DNA of 64,000 nucleotides from Podospora anserina. Lineage: Eukaryota. The stretch is from the NCBI GenBank assembly GCA_017654855.1, contig CM030334.1, positions 1,736,001 to 1,800,000 of the forward strand, in the 5' to 3' direction. Positions 49,510 to 60,473 of the stretch are shown here, piece after piece. Each line of letters starts with the position of its first letter. Position 1 is the first letter of the stretch. A model generated the notes under the pieces. The model worked only from the letters and a program-made list of their open reading frames with translations, ran no database searches and was not told where the DNA came from. Both the position numbers and the translations under genes were made by a program.

Positions 49510-49958
49510 CTTGCCGGTACGTGGACGATTTGTCGCAATTCGAGCCGCTCTTTTCGAGAGTCGACGACGCTTGACGTTGAGAGATCTTTGGCGATAAATG
49601 TGGGCCCGCCAATCGCAGAGGCGGTAAGAGTGGGGCGGCAGAGACCCTTGTCTGCAGCGCCAAGATATCTTTCCATCAACCTTCCCGCTACCCTTGGGAC
49701 TTCTTTCAAAAGCAGGATAGTTTCATCAACCTCGACTTTCACAGCGACGGCAGCGTTTTCTGCTGAGGAAATCTCATTTTCTGCTTGTAAGCCGCTCATC
49801 TCACAACGTTGATTCTTTGGCCGCCACGAACATCGATCCTAGCGCGCATTACCTGACTCTCAAAGCAGACATCAAGGTTCTCTTCACCAACAAACACCTC
49901 CCTCTCTCACCTCGAACCTTTTCACATCTCAATCAGCAACCACCACCACACACACAAA

Positions 49959-50966
49959 ATGTCCAAAAGAAAAGCGCCCGCCGCCACCAGCCCGCCCACA
50001 ATCCAGGACACCTCCGCCCGCGCCCCCAAACGCCAAAAACCATCCTCCTCCTCCTCAGCGCCGACCCCCTCCACCTCGGCCCCAGAATTCTCCCCCATAA
50101 CCCTCTGCACAAAATGGACAACCCCCACCCTCCCCTCCCACCTCCCCCCCTTGCCCCCCATTCTCTCCCCCACCCTCGAAACCGCAGCGCTCACCCACTC
50201 CGGGCAAAAAAAATCCCCCTCCGACCTCTCCTACGAGCGCCTAGAATGGATAGGCGACGTCTACCTCGAGCTCATCGCCTCGGAGCTCATCTTCGCCACC
50301 TTCCCCTCCATCCCCGAAGGCGAAATGTCCCGCCGTCGCGAGCTCCTCATCCGCAACTCAACCCTCTCCGCCTTTTCGGTCCGGTACGGCCTTGACAAGA
50401 GAGCAAACTTCCCCAGCGAGTTCAATCTGACAGGCAGACCGAACGGCAGCACGGCCCACGCCAAAAGGAAGGAGAAGGCCCTGGCGGATATTTTTGAGGC
50501 GTATGTCGGGGGGGTGATAAGGTCTGATCTTGTCAATGGGTACAAAAATGCTGTGGTTTGGTTGAAGGCGTTATGGGGACCGTTGTTGAAGGCGGAGATC
50601 AAGGTTGAGGAGGGCGGGGGACGGATGATCGACAAGGAGCAGAATCCGAAGGTGAGGCTGGAACAGCTGATCGGGGCCAGTTGTGTCAGGATTGAGTACA
50701 GGGATTTGCCTGGGACGGGGGAGAGGTTTGTGGATAAGCAGCCGCAGTTTGGGATTGGCGTGTATTTCACGGGGTGGGGGGAGGAGAATCTTTTGCTGGG
50801 GGAGGCATGGGATTTTGGTAAGAAGAGTGCCGGGCACAGGGCGGCGGAGAAGGCTTGTGGGCATCCGATGGTGGTGGGGAGGTTGGTGGAGAGGAAGAGG
50901 GCTTATATGGCCAAGAGGGCCATTGAGAGGACGACGGAGGAGGAGGAGGGGAAGGAGGAGGAGTGA
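49959..50966 (+). CDS. Ribonuclease III domain protein (Rnt1/Pac1-like; one RNase III domain plus dsRBD-like C-terminus)
   Basis: Signature ALTHS..SYERLEWIGD and ADIFEAYVG with catalytic acidic residues retained. C-terminal KKSAGHRAA helix. Confidence 0.88.
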   Translation: MSKRKAPAATSPPTIQDTSARAPKRQKPSSSSSAPTPSTSAPEFSPITLCTKWTTPTLPSHLPPLPPILSPTLETAALTHSGQKKSPSDLSYERLEWIGDVYLELIASELIFATFPSIPEGEMSRRRELLIRNSTLSAFSVRYGLDKRANFPSEFNLTGRPNGSTAHAKRKEKALADIFEAYVGGVIRSDLVNGYKNAVVWLKALWGPLLKAEIKVEEGGGRMIDKEQNPKVRLEQLIGASCVRIEYRDLPGTGERFVDKQPQFGIGVYFTGWGEENLLLGEAWDFGKKSAGHRAAEKACGHPMVVGRLVERKRAYMAKRAIERTTEEEEGKEEE

Positions 50967-51782
50967 TTGGGGAAAGAGGTGTGTTGTGTGTGAAGGGTTC
51001 AAGCATGGTCATACACGTGAAGTGTGCCTGCTGGCGATGACACGATGTGGATGGATGAAGTAATTTGATACCGCCAGAGAAACAATTCGTTTCCAAAATT
51101 CATTGTTTGTCATAAACGCATCACAATAACCACCCGCCGGTATCAAGTTATCTAAGTGTATCTAAACATATGTGCAAAGGGAATGTGTTTGTTGGCAAAA
51201 GAATGTGAGAGCATCTTTTCGGCTCCTGTGGTGTGTGGTGGTGTGCGTGTCTGTTGCTGTGACAGCGTGCCATTTTCAGGCAGCCTTTCTGTTGCTGCAT
51301 TGCAGGTGTACTTCCGGGTTTTTGTGGAGGTTGGAACTGAGGCGGGGCGTGTTGTTGTTTTCATCAGATTTGATGGGCGAATGTTTTGAAGCCGTACATA
51401 AGATGGCCACGATGGCTTGACTGAAGTGTGCCTGCCTGCTCAGGAGATCCCTACTTTCTCGTCTGGGAGAAGGATTGGGGGATCACTGGCTTTGGAGGGT
51501 CGTCCGTCGTGGCTTTTGGTGTAGTATGATCGGGTTTGGTATAGGGGGCTTGGGCTGGGCCCCTGTCTCGATGGATGTCCGCTTGATGATGATGCCCTTG
51601 ACGCTTGTGTTGAGGGCTCGTTTGGCGCTGCTGTCGGCCGGCAGCTGTAGGTAGCAAGCTGCCGTGGGCTGATCTACCTCGTCCATCCAAAAGGCAGGGC
51701 CCAGAAGGAGTTACGTCTCATCCCTCGCAATACCGGTCCTGTGTTCCCAGCAGCAAGAGACCGTCTCTTGAAACCCCCCTCC

Positions 51783-52805
51783 TCATCTCGAAGGCAGTAT
51801 CTTCCGAGCATACTCCCTCCCCAACCTGAACAACCCCCTCACGTGATCCTCAAACCTCCTGTCCTTCCTCTTCCTCATCCAAACAAGCAGCAGAACAAGC
51901 AGAAGCAGATCAACAGTAAAATGCTTCACCGCCCCCCAAAACCCCCAGCTCACCCACGCCCCCAACCCACTATCCTTCTTCGTCCTCCACTCCCTTCCCG
52001 TAGCAATCTGCTCCCTCAACGCGGCGATTTCAGCCGACAACCTCACAATCGCCCGCTCCATCCTCTTGGACCGTTTATCGCTCCTCCCCCTAAACCCCCC
52101 CTCATTCTCCTCCCCGTCCTCCCCGGCCAGCTCCACCATCCTGGCCTCGCTCTCATCCGGCTCGCTCATAGGACTTATAACCCTCATCGGCTGTTCCTCC
52201 ACCCTCCCTCCACCAAACCGTCTGATGACCTGCGTAAAGCCCGCCAGCCCCCCTCGTCCCTTCCCCTGCTGCTGCCCCCCGTTCCCCCCCTCCCCCATTG
52301 AACTCCCCCCCTCCTCAGAACTAGGCTCATTACTCCTGACCTGATTCCACACAAACTCCAGCTCACTCACCAGCTCAAGCGCATTGGGCGTATTAGCATA
52401 CCTATGCATCGTCTCGATCAACGCCTCGACGTAGCGGCGTTTTGCCTCCGTCCGCGACAATCCCGTCTGTGACTTCCAAGCATCCCACTTGTCTTGCTCC
52501 CGCGAGAGTTCTTCTGGGTTGGGGAAGGAGGACGAGGTTGGTCGCTCCATCACGCCGTCGACGTCGCCTTCCATTGCTTGTTTGTAGAGGCCGTAGAGGC
52601 GCATCCGGTCGGTTGGTGGGGGGCGGGAGGCGCCGGTTTTGGGGATTTTTTTGACGGTGGCGAGGGCGTGGACGAAGACGCGGTCTGTGGCAGAGGTTGT
52701 AAGTGGGTGCGTGTATTTGGGGCGGGAGGTGGGAGGTTGTTGATGTGGTGGTGATGGCGGATGGAGGGGGAGGGAGGAGGAGGACGTACCGACTGAGTCT
52801 GACAT
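51783..52805 (-). CDS. Acyl-CoA-binding domain protein with C-terminal transmembrane anchor (Atg37/ACBD5-like)
   Basis: ACBP motifs DRVFVHAL, RLYGLYKQAMEGD, KWDAW and EAKRRYVE, then a coiled coil and a TM segment (DLLLLVLLLVWM). Confidence 0.88.
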   Translation of the reverse strand: MSDSVGTSSSSLPLHPPSPPHQQPPTSRPKYTHPLTTSATDRVFVHALATVKKIPKTGASRPPPTDRMRLYGLYKQAMEGDVDGVMERPTSSSFPNPEELSREQDKWDAWKSQTGLSRTEAKRRYVEALIETMHRYANTPNALELVSELEFVWNQVRSNEPSSEEGGSSMGEGGNGGQQQGKGRGGLAGFTQVIRRFGGGRVEEQPMRVISPMSEPDESEARMVELAGEDGEENEGGFRGRSDKRSKRMERAIVRLSAEIAALREQIATGREWRTKKDSGLGAWVSWGFWGAVKHFTVDLLLLVLLLVWMRKRKDRRFEDHVRGLFRLGREYARKILPSR

Positions 52806-54794
52806 GTTGAACTATTATACTTGCCCCGCCTACCTGGTGAGGTGAGGAGGACGAGGACGAGGACGAGGACGAGGAGGGGGATAAGGAGGAGGAAGTAGGA
52901 GGAGGAGGGGGGATGAGGATAAGGATAGGCAGAGGAAGGTCGAGGGTTGTGAAAGGGTGATGGATAATCTCGAACGATCGAATGCGTTGGCAATGGGGAC
53001 GTTTATTGGAGTTGGGTTGAGGATCCAAAGGGTCGGCGCATCTGTGGCTGGCTGAATTGATGGTATGGTATGGCGGCGTGGCTGGGGGTTGTTATGGTGT
53101 CGTCAACACGCACAGCAACAAGAAAGAAGAAAAGACCAACAACAGACATTGGGCCCTAGTATTATTATTCCATCTGTCTTCTGCGCCAAGTTATGGAACC
53201 AAAAAGTGTATTAAATGAGCTGTTCTCGTTTTGGTGATGCCATGTTCGTGTTTCCCCACATTGTGTTAATTGGGCATATTTGCTGGAGACGAGACACATC
53301 CCATCCATCAACAGCGGCAAACTGGACAGGTGGGTGAGTGGTTTTGCCTCGGCACGCCGGGCACGGGTCGCGCGAGCGCAAAAACGTTCCGCGAACCAAA
53401 GGGGATCCACTTCCCCACAGAGAAAACCCCTGGAAAACAAACCCGGGGAAGATCTTTCAGTGGGCTCAGGCATGTGATTGATATCCGTGCCTTACTTTGC
53501 CCAACCACAACCATACCCATTCATTTCCTTTGTTTTTATGCTTTGTGCTTCTGGAAAACGAAATGCAACCCTTGACAAAATAGTCCAACCGTGTCCCTAC
53601 TTTGGGCCAGTCGATCTGTTTAGTGGTGTAGTTCGCATAACCGGTGGTGGTGTTTGGGGTTAGATGGCCCGCGGATGGTGACCGTGCCAATGATGCGAGT
53701 TCCGAAGGTGTGTCCTGTAAGTCAGAGATAGGCCAGGGGTCTATCGGTGAATCAACCTAACCCATCGCCTACCCCGGATTAAGCTGTCCATGATGTTTGA
53801 CATGGCTACATGCCTTGGTATATATCTGCATGTAATCTCCGATGACAACACACATGGCATTCAGCGTTTATGTAGGACTTGACCGGCAGCATGTGAAGTG
53901 CCCAACGCGAGTCTGAGAAAGACTCCGCGTTTTGATTGCTGTGTGAGAGCTTTACAATCATGTCTTCATCACTTAGCATCCACTCAGTGAGAACCTTACA
54001 TGTACATCCCATGAGTTACAATCTATCTATTTCACACCCAACACACAACAGCTAATCCCACACTCCCAACCCCTTTGCTCCTCCCCTTCCCCAAAGTTGA
54101 GAACGAAATCAAACTAAGCTGACACACAAGAAAGAAAGACTGAACGCACGTATATAACCCCCCCACCCCATCCTCCTCCACCTTCAAGTCCAGGAAAAGT
54201 CTCCTACCAACTCGTCCAGTCCTCTTCCAACAAACCCAACACAGATCTGATGCGCACCACCCTAAACCGTACACCATGTTCCCCCGCTCTGGAGAAAGCA
54301 AGGCAACCTTGAAAGCAAGCTTTTTATCGCCTCAACCCTTCCAGCCGCCAAAATCTCTTCCCTCACAGACCATGCTTTTCTCTTGCCTCTTGCCTCGTCC
54401 AACTTGCTGATATCAAATGCTGAAAATTCTCCCCAAATCATACTCAGTATGCGTACAATAACTGACAAGTAAAACTCCGCCATGGTCCTCAATACCATCC
54501 GTAAGCGGCGCTCAAAACAGCTCTCCCCCACCTCACATCAGTCTCTCCCTCTCTCTCACACCCCCTCCAGTCTCACTCAGCAACCCCCTCAGATAACTCT
54601 CCCAACCTCCTTCTCTCCCCCAGCCTGATTCTCCTCACATCACTACCCGACAATCCGCCCTCCCTCCTTGCCCTCCCTCGCAGCAGCAGCCTTCAAAGAG
54701 CAAACAGTAGGCGTGAATATGCGCGTGGTGTCAGACGTGGCATGGTTGGGATCGGTGAATACCTCCCGCCCAGCGAAGTGTTTTCACCCTGCTC

Positions 54795-56066
54795 CTAAGA
54801 AGGCCTCGCCTTGTTGGTTCCGGCACGCTTCCCGGTCTTCGTGGTGGTCTTGGGAGCAGGGGCGCTGCCGCTGGTCGATGTTGAAGACGGAGGCTTCAGT
54901 GTCTTGCGCCGTTTGGCGTCGCTGGGCCGAAGAGGAGGGATCGTGGTGCTTTCTTCGCCAGCTTGGTTTGTAAATGTGCCGCCGACCTTTCGGTGTGGGG
55001 GAACTACTGTATTGAAGAGCCTGGGGACGGAACCCGCGGTGGGAGTTGCCGCTGGGGGTCTCGTGCCGGGGGTGTTGTGCTGCGAGATGGGCGTCCTGGG
55101 CTGTGATGTGGGAGTCGTCATTGCGGGCCTTGCCCCCGGGACTTTTGGCACCGGAATAGGCGTTGCTGATGTTTTTGGGGGCTTCGAGGTTGAAGATCTG
55201 GACGGCAATGCAGACGCTTTGCCCTGTGCTTTAGGCCGTGAATCCGCTGCTGTCTTGGTCAAAACTGGCAACGCCTTGATCATCGTTGAAGTTGAAGGCT
55301 TGCTAGCCGAGGAGACCGTCTCTTCCCCCCTGATTGCCATGCTAGCAATCTCAGACGTCCGCCGCTTCTTCGGTCTGTGGGACTCGGGCGCTGGAATGGT
55401 ACTCGGTGTATCGTCCTCCCCGCTTAGGACGATCGAATCCCCTGAAGCCGAATCTGGTATTCGAGGCCGCTTACTACGACCGGCAACCGAACCCACCGTC
55501 ATCGCCTTCGATTTAGCAGCAGGCTCCTCAGAAGGGACTGTCTTTTTCAATGCCCGAGACGCTGGCGGTGGTGAGGAGATGCGCATTCTAGAAAATGCCG
55601 CGCTGGAAGGTGTATTTTCAGCATTGTAATCTGGAAGCTGGACCTCGCCCATAGCAGCGGTCGGCTGTGGGGTTCCCGAGTTTTTCAGTATTGACTTCAA
55701 CGGGGTGCTGAGTCTGTTGATCAATCTCATCGGTATCGGCATACCCAACGGGGTTAAGGCAGGTGTCGTTGAAGCCTCAGCTGGTGCCGTTGAAGGCTCA
55801 GCTGGTGCCGTTGAAGGCTCAGCTGGTGTCGTTGAAGGCTCAGTGAGTGTCGTCAAAGTCACAGCTGGTGGCTCCTGCAACATCGGAGGGGGCACGCTGC
55901 TTTGATGGTAGGAAGAGCTGGCGGCAGTCTGCGAGACTGTAATGGGTGACTGTCCATACGTAGATGGCTGCGGTTGAGCACCCCCATCACCTTTGGCTGC
56001 ACTTCCCCCGACGCCTCCACCGGTCTCAGTCCACGCCGGCCAACGTGGGGTTGGCGGTCCCAAGTC
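54795..56066 (-). CDS. 423-codon Pro/Ser/Thr-rich ORF in frame with, and immediately after, the chromodomain gene TAG (candidate readthrough/edited extension)
   Basis: GCT TAG GAC TTG GGA... stays open to TAG at 54795. First ATG only at 55883. Contains a frame-preserving 21-bp tandem repeat. Confidence 0.6.
   Translation of the reverse strand, partial: DLGPPTPRWPAWTETGGGVGGSAAKGDGGAQPQPSTYGQSPITVSQTAASSSYHQSSVPPPMLQEPPAVTLTTLTEPSTTPAEPSTAPAEPSTAPAEASTTPALTPLGMPIPMRLINRLSTPLKSILKNSGTPQPTAAMGEVQLPDYNAENTPSSAAFSRMRISSPPPASRALKKTVPSEEPAAKSKAMTVGSVAGRSKRPRIPDSASGDSIVLSGEDDTPSTIPAPESHRPKKRRTSEIASMAIRGEETVSSASKPSTSTMIKALPVLTKTAADSRPKAQGKASALPSRSSTSKPPKTSATPIPVPKVPGARPAMTTPTSQPRTPISQHNTPGTRPPAATPTAGSVPRLFNTVVPPHRKVGGTFTNQAGEESTTIPPLRPSDAKRRKTLKPPSSTSTSGSAPAPKTTTKTGKRAGTNKARPS
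55762..55843 (-). repeat. 21-bp x4 coding minisatellite (EPSTxPA units)
   Basis: GGTGYCGTTGAAGSCTCAGCT repeated four times on the + strand. Confidence 0.9.
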
Positions 56067-59000
56067 CTAAGCGGAGCCGACTGTTGATCCCTTGTGTTGA
56101 CCAATGCTGAGTGCACCAAAGATGTTTCGCCATGAATCGACCGTTATGTGTGAAAAGCCACGCCCCTCCTCCTCCTGGTCCTTGTACCACTCCGTGGTAG
56201 GTCGAAACCGATACTTCATGTACTGTGAGCGTCGCCCATACCTGTTGCGCCAGAGGCGGGCTTCTTCAAAGAGCCTGTTGGTACACTTGGATGGGGCCCC
56301 GTCGTCCGACAAGGGCCGCCCTGTAGCGCGAGGTGGGTGGAAAATGATGCGGGCGTCTTCCTCATCCGATGTCTCAGAATCCCGGATACCCATCTCCACA
56401 TCGTCCTCGTCAGTAGCTGGATCCGTGGCGAGCTTCACCCTTTTGAATCCTTTATTGGGTCTCAACATGCTGGTACGCGGCGCGGGAATAAGTTTCTTAA
56501 ACTGGAACTCGGTGCCCAAGGCTTGGAGAAATAGAGCCACCACATCAATGTCGTGCGGAGATTGGCATTCTTCCGGGACCATGTAACCCCCAAGCCACAC
56601 ATCGGTCAACCTGGTGCCGGGATTCCTTTCCCCTGTATGCTCCCGTACATGCTTGATCAGTTGCCGCTGCATGAACGTAAGCTCGCCCTCAGTGGGCTGA
56701 CGGTCTCCAAACCTCCTTGGGGCCGCAGGATCCCAGATGATAAGCTCGGCGTCTGTCCACGGTCTCTTAAACGCATCACGTGGCCGATAAAAGACGAGCC
56801 AGGGGTGTCGTTTTGGCGTGCGGTCGTCAGGCTTGTTGTCGGGGTCCCACTCGTCGGGGATGGTATAGAAGAAACCGACATAGGTATTGAACCTCGTGGT
56901 CCCATGCCTTCCTCCCCATGGAAACCCCCATTTGAACCAGCTCGAGATGGTGTTCCAGTGCAGTGTGAAATCTTCGTAATGATCGCCCATGTCGCTATCG
57001 GACCACGAAACTGGAAACCCGAACAAGATCCAGAGGCTGGAATTCCATTCGCTTGGCCCCACATCTTTCAGCATCTCAGCAAGTGAGTGCTGTGATATGC
57101 GACTAAAGCACTCGCTGGAGACCTCGTGCATTGCGAAGGCCTGATACACAGAAGCAGGGGCTGCAGCAGAGGTGGCGGCTGGTGCTATACCTGCGCTCTC
57201 AGCAACAGCGTGGGCTTGTCCGGATTGCTCGGCCTGCGTGTTGCAAACACGGTAGTGCTCCAAGGTACCCTTCAACACGTAGTCTGAGTCATTGATGGTG
57301 CGGCTGGTGTACCTTGGAACGGCGATTTCTCGCTCGCCTCTTTCAGACCGACGCGCTGTTATGGAGTCGTCTGTACCAAGAACGTAGAAGTGGCGGAACT
57401 GATCCAATCGCAGTGTTGACCAGTACCCAAACCAGTTGACGAGGCTTTGCTCGTCATTGGGGTCGATCTTGTCAATAGCATAGACCAGCGTGGCGCTCTC
57501 CTCGTTGTCACCAACAGGCGGGAGTTTTCGACGTCTCAGGTCGTCCAGCTCATAGGCCTTTGTAGCGGCAGTAAACCGGCTCTCGCAATCTTCCTTGCTT
57601 AAACCTTTCAAGTTTTCGAGAATGGCAAGATTGGCCGTGCTCTCCATCGCTGCTGGAGAGGCTAGCAGCTTGGCTCGATCATGCTCCTTCTCCTCAGCCA
57701 AGTCCCTGAGGTAGGCTGCAAAGTCCCATGCGGTAACAAGACGACATGTTGTGGATTTGGCAAAGTACATCAGAAACCAGTCAATGATTTCGAGGGCTCG
57801 AGTTGGTTCCGCTACCAGAAAGCTTGGGGTCAATAATATGGCCGCCCCTAGGGGAAACAAGCGCGTGAGCTGGAGTTGGCCTGGAGGCACCACAGAACTT
57901 TCTTCCAACAGCGAAGTTGTTGATGGATACATCGGGAGCTTGCTCATCGGCTCTGTAAAGCACCAAAACTGATCATCTCGGCTAAGTAAGAGATGTCGCA
58001 GATTCGGGAGCCTGTGCAAAGTCCACGCCATCAGCTCATGTACGATGACCACACCCGCTGTCTCTTCTGAGCTGAGCTTGTTCTGGAAGGCATACCAGCT
58101 CCCAGGATGGTCGCTTGTGAAGATACAGCAGTTGGGCTCACATGCACGGAGCCAGTGAAATAGCAAGAGACGAACTTCGACCTTTGAGTCAGGAAATGCC
58201 AGGAAGAAGTTATGTGTCGATGCGGGCTTCAAGCTGGTTGGTAGCAGCCTCTGGTAGTCAAAACCGAAGAACTTTTCCATGATCAGTTGCCGATTTGAGG
58301 ACTCCTTGCCAGCGCCAGGCGGCTTGGGTGGCACATCCCGGGGTGGCGGCAGCAGGGCCAGGAGGGGCTCGTGTGGTGTAAATATGTAGTACAAGAGCTC
58401 AAATTCAGATGGATCTGACGCTGGAAGTCCCCTGAGCTGAACGGCATTCCATTCTTCACACTTTGACGGGTATATGAGAATGCTGAAGTCTGGCTGAGCA
58501 CAAAGCAGTCCCATAATGCTGGCTCGTAAAGAACTCGCCACATTTTGTAGCCTTTGTTGGTCGGTATTAGAACTTAAGCCGCCAAAGGCCAAGCCAGTTT
58601 TAACCATTGAGTGCAGTGCGGTAGCTACCGACGTAGCAAGGCAACTGTGGTCAAACTCCAAGCTCTCCGTGGCTAGAAACCTTGCATACAGCTCATCACG
58701 AGTCCCATCAGGTAACCCGTTGAAAGTTGTTTGAATACATTTGGACCCAGGCTGGGGCTTGCCAAACCTAACCCGCTTTTCTGAACAGGTATTGCGTTGG
58801 GGTATGATGGTAACTGTTGGCTCAGGAGCAGACAATGTAGGAGGTGGGGTAGGAGGCCGAGCAGCGAGAGATGCTGCAGGCCGTGGAGTGGCCTCAACTT
58901 GATCTTTTTGCACAAGAGTATTATCGTCCAAGTCCATGGGATCCGGCTCACGGAATTCGATGACGCTGTTCACGTCGTCATCCCATCTCACCGACTTCCG

Positions 59001-60473
59001 CTTTTTCAAAGGGGGCCTTGAGATTGGTGCCGTGTGTGCTTGTGGTGATGATGGCAGGCATGCTGAAGGCGGTGGCAGGCCCGCTGAGGCTGGCGCTGGG
59101 TCAATTGTTCTTGGTGAGATTCCTGCCGACGTCGCTGTGAGGCCTGCTGAGGTTGCCGGCACTAGGCCTGTCGAGATCGGTGCAAGGCCGGTCCGACTGG
59201 AGGAAATGGGTGCTGTTATGTCTTCTGGGTCCGACTCCAGCTCCATCGAATAGTCGCCAACAAAAAGGCTGTCGTCTTCCGGTAGATCCGTCGGTTGTGC
59301 AGTTTCCTTGGACATCTTTCTCGCTGCAGCAGGCCCCTCGGTCAGGGGGAAGAGGGCTACCTTTGAAGGGTCAGGGGCAATGTCTTCCCTCGCACGGCTA
59401 CGAAGTTCGGCCAATCTCCCAAGATGCATGTTGCTGAAGGGCTTGGGGTCCTTTGCGGGATTGGACATAACCTCCTCAATGACAGGCCGTGGTTTCCTTA
59501 CTTTACCGCCAGTAAAGATGTTCCCCGTCTTGCTTTGGACGGTCTTTTGGGTCGACTTGCGGGCCGTTGTCTTTTGGCCCGACGGCGCTCTTTTGCTAGA
59601 TGCGGCACCCTTGGAACCGAGGTTTGATTCCTTGGTCTTTGATTTTGACGGGCCGCTCATGTCGTCTTTACTTGCTTTTCTTGCAGTTCCCTCGTATCCA
59701 GTGGTCGACGGAGCTGTAGCCTGCCGTTTCTTTGTGGAAGATGATGCCAGTGGGTCGGAGGTCGCTGCAGGTTTGGCTAGTTTGCCTGGGAGGCTTGCTG
59801 GCCTATCCTTGTTTGGTTTTGACAAGGCCGAGGACTTCAGAGGCTTGGACTTTGTTGGCGATTTGGGAGCAGTGGTCTTAATAGGCCTTGCAACGCCCTT
59901 CTTATAAATCGAGGTCAAAGATGGTTTTCGTGCCTTGGGTGGCTTGGGCCGAGGGGCCGACACTTCCACAACATCGCCATCCTCACTCGCCTCATCACTA
60001 CTCGAATCATCTTCTGGAATAGCACTTGACTTGGACGATGATGCTGGCAAAGGCTCGGTCAAGGGAAGACCCAGCCGGGCGCGCTTCGCATTACGAAGAT
60101 TGTGCCTTTCTCTTTTCTCCCGCTCCTTTTGTTGTTGAACTGCAAAGTACCTGTCGACATCAAAAGGCTTCTCTTCGCCAGCTTCTTGCTTGGCCTTGGT
60201 CTCTGCCCACTGGGCAATCATATCATCACCAAAAATCTCTGCGGGCTCCCAAGTGCTGTCCCAGAACGGATCAAACCGGGTAGCATCCCACTGAACGAGA
60301 TAGTACATGATTCCGTTTTGGTTTGGGCGTTCAGCCAGAATCGATTCGACGACATACTCCTCGTCGTCGGGGGGAGGGATTGTGGATGTCAATGAGATCG
60401 CATCATCATCGCTCTCAGCCGGGCCGTCGTCCAGCCTCGATGGCCAACTCTCCACGAGGATATTCTTGAACAT
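56067..60473 (-). CDS. Large chromodomain-containing protein, about 1468 aa (Chp1-like architecture)
   Basis: N-terminal chromodomain EEYVVESILAE..YYLVQW..STWEPAE, a long disordered linker and a globular C-terminal half. The start codon is uncertain. Confidence 0.85.
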   Translation of the reverse strand: MFKNILVESWPSRLDDGPAESDDDAISLTSTIPPPDDEEYVVESILAERPNQNGIMYYLVQWDATRFDPFWDSTWEPAEIFGDDMIAQWAETKAKQEAGEEKPFDVDRYFAVQQQKEREKRERHNLRNAKRARLGLPLTEPLPASSSKSSAIPEDDSSSDEASEDGDVVEVSAPRPKPPKARKPSLTSIYKKGVARPIKTTAPKSPTKSKPLKSSALSKPNKDRPASLPGKLAKPAATSDPLASSSTKKRQATAPSTTGYEGTARKASKDDMSGPSKSKTKESNLGSKGAASSKRAPSGQKTTARKSTQKTVQSKTGNIFTGGKVRKPRPVIEEVMSNPAKDPKPFSNMHLGRLAELRSRAREDIAPDPSKVALFPLTEGPAAARKMSKETAQPTDLPEDDSLFVGDYSMELESDPEDITAPISSSRTGLAPISTGLVPATSAGLTATSAGISPRTIDPAPASAGLPPPSACLPSSPQAHTAPISRPPLKKRKSVRWDDDVNSVIEFREPDPMDLDDNTLVQKDQVEATPRPAASLAARPPTPPPTLSAPEPTVTIIPQRNTCSEKRVRFGKPQPGSKCIQTTFNGLPDGTRDELYARFLATESLEFDHSCLATSVATALHSMVKTGLAFGGLSSNTDQQRLQNVASSLRASIMGLLCAQPDFSILIYPSKCEEWNAVQLRGLPASDPSEFELLYYIFTPHEPLLALLPPPRDVPPKPPGAGKESSNRQLIMEKFFGFDYQRLLPTSLKPASTHNFFLAFPDSKVEVRLLLFHWLRACEPNCCIFTSDHPGSWYAFQNKLSSEETAGVVIVHELMAWTLHRLPNLRHLLLSRDDQFWCFTEPMSKLPMYPSTTSLLEESSVVPPGQLQLTRLFPLGAAILLTPSFLVAEPTRALEIIDWFLMYFAKSTTCRLVTAWDFAAYLRDLAEEKEHDRAKLLASPAAMESTANLAILENLKGLSKEDCESRFTAATKAYELDDLRRRKLPPVGDNEESATLVYAIDKIDPNDEQSLVNWFGYWSTLRLDQFRHFYVLGTDDSITARRSERGEREIAVPRYTSRTINDSDYVLKGTLEHYRVCNTQAEQSGQAHAVAESAGIAPAATSAAAPASVYQAFAMHEVSSECFSRISQHSLAEMLKDVGPSEWNSSLWILFGFPVSWSDSDMGDHYEDFTLHWNTISSWFKWGFPWGGRHGTTRFNTYVGFFYTIPDEWDPDNKPDDRTPKRHPWLVFYRPRDAFKRPWTDAELIIWDPAAPRRFGDRQPTEGELTFMQRQLIKHVREHTGERNPGTRLTDVWLGGYMVPEECQSPHDIDVVALFLQALGTEFQFKKLIPAPRTSMLRPNKGFKRVKLATDPATDEDDVEMGIRDSETSDEEDARIIFHPPRATGRPLSDDGAPSKCTNRLFEEARLWRNRYGRRSQYMKYRFRPTTEWYKDQEEEGRGFSHITVDSWRNIFGALSIGQHKGSTVGSA

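Noticed and set aside
54811-55629. 272-aa + strand ORF overlapping the chromodomain tail
   Set aside because: Antisense mirror of Pro/Ser/Thr codons; no ATG start and no domain.
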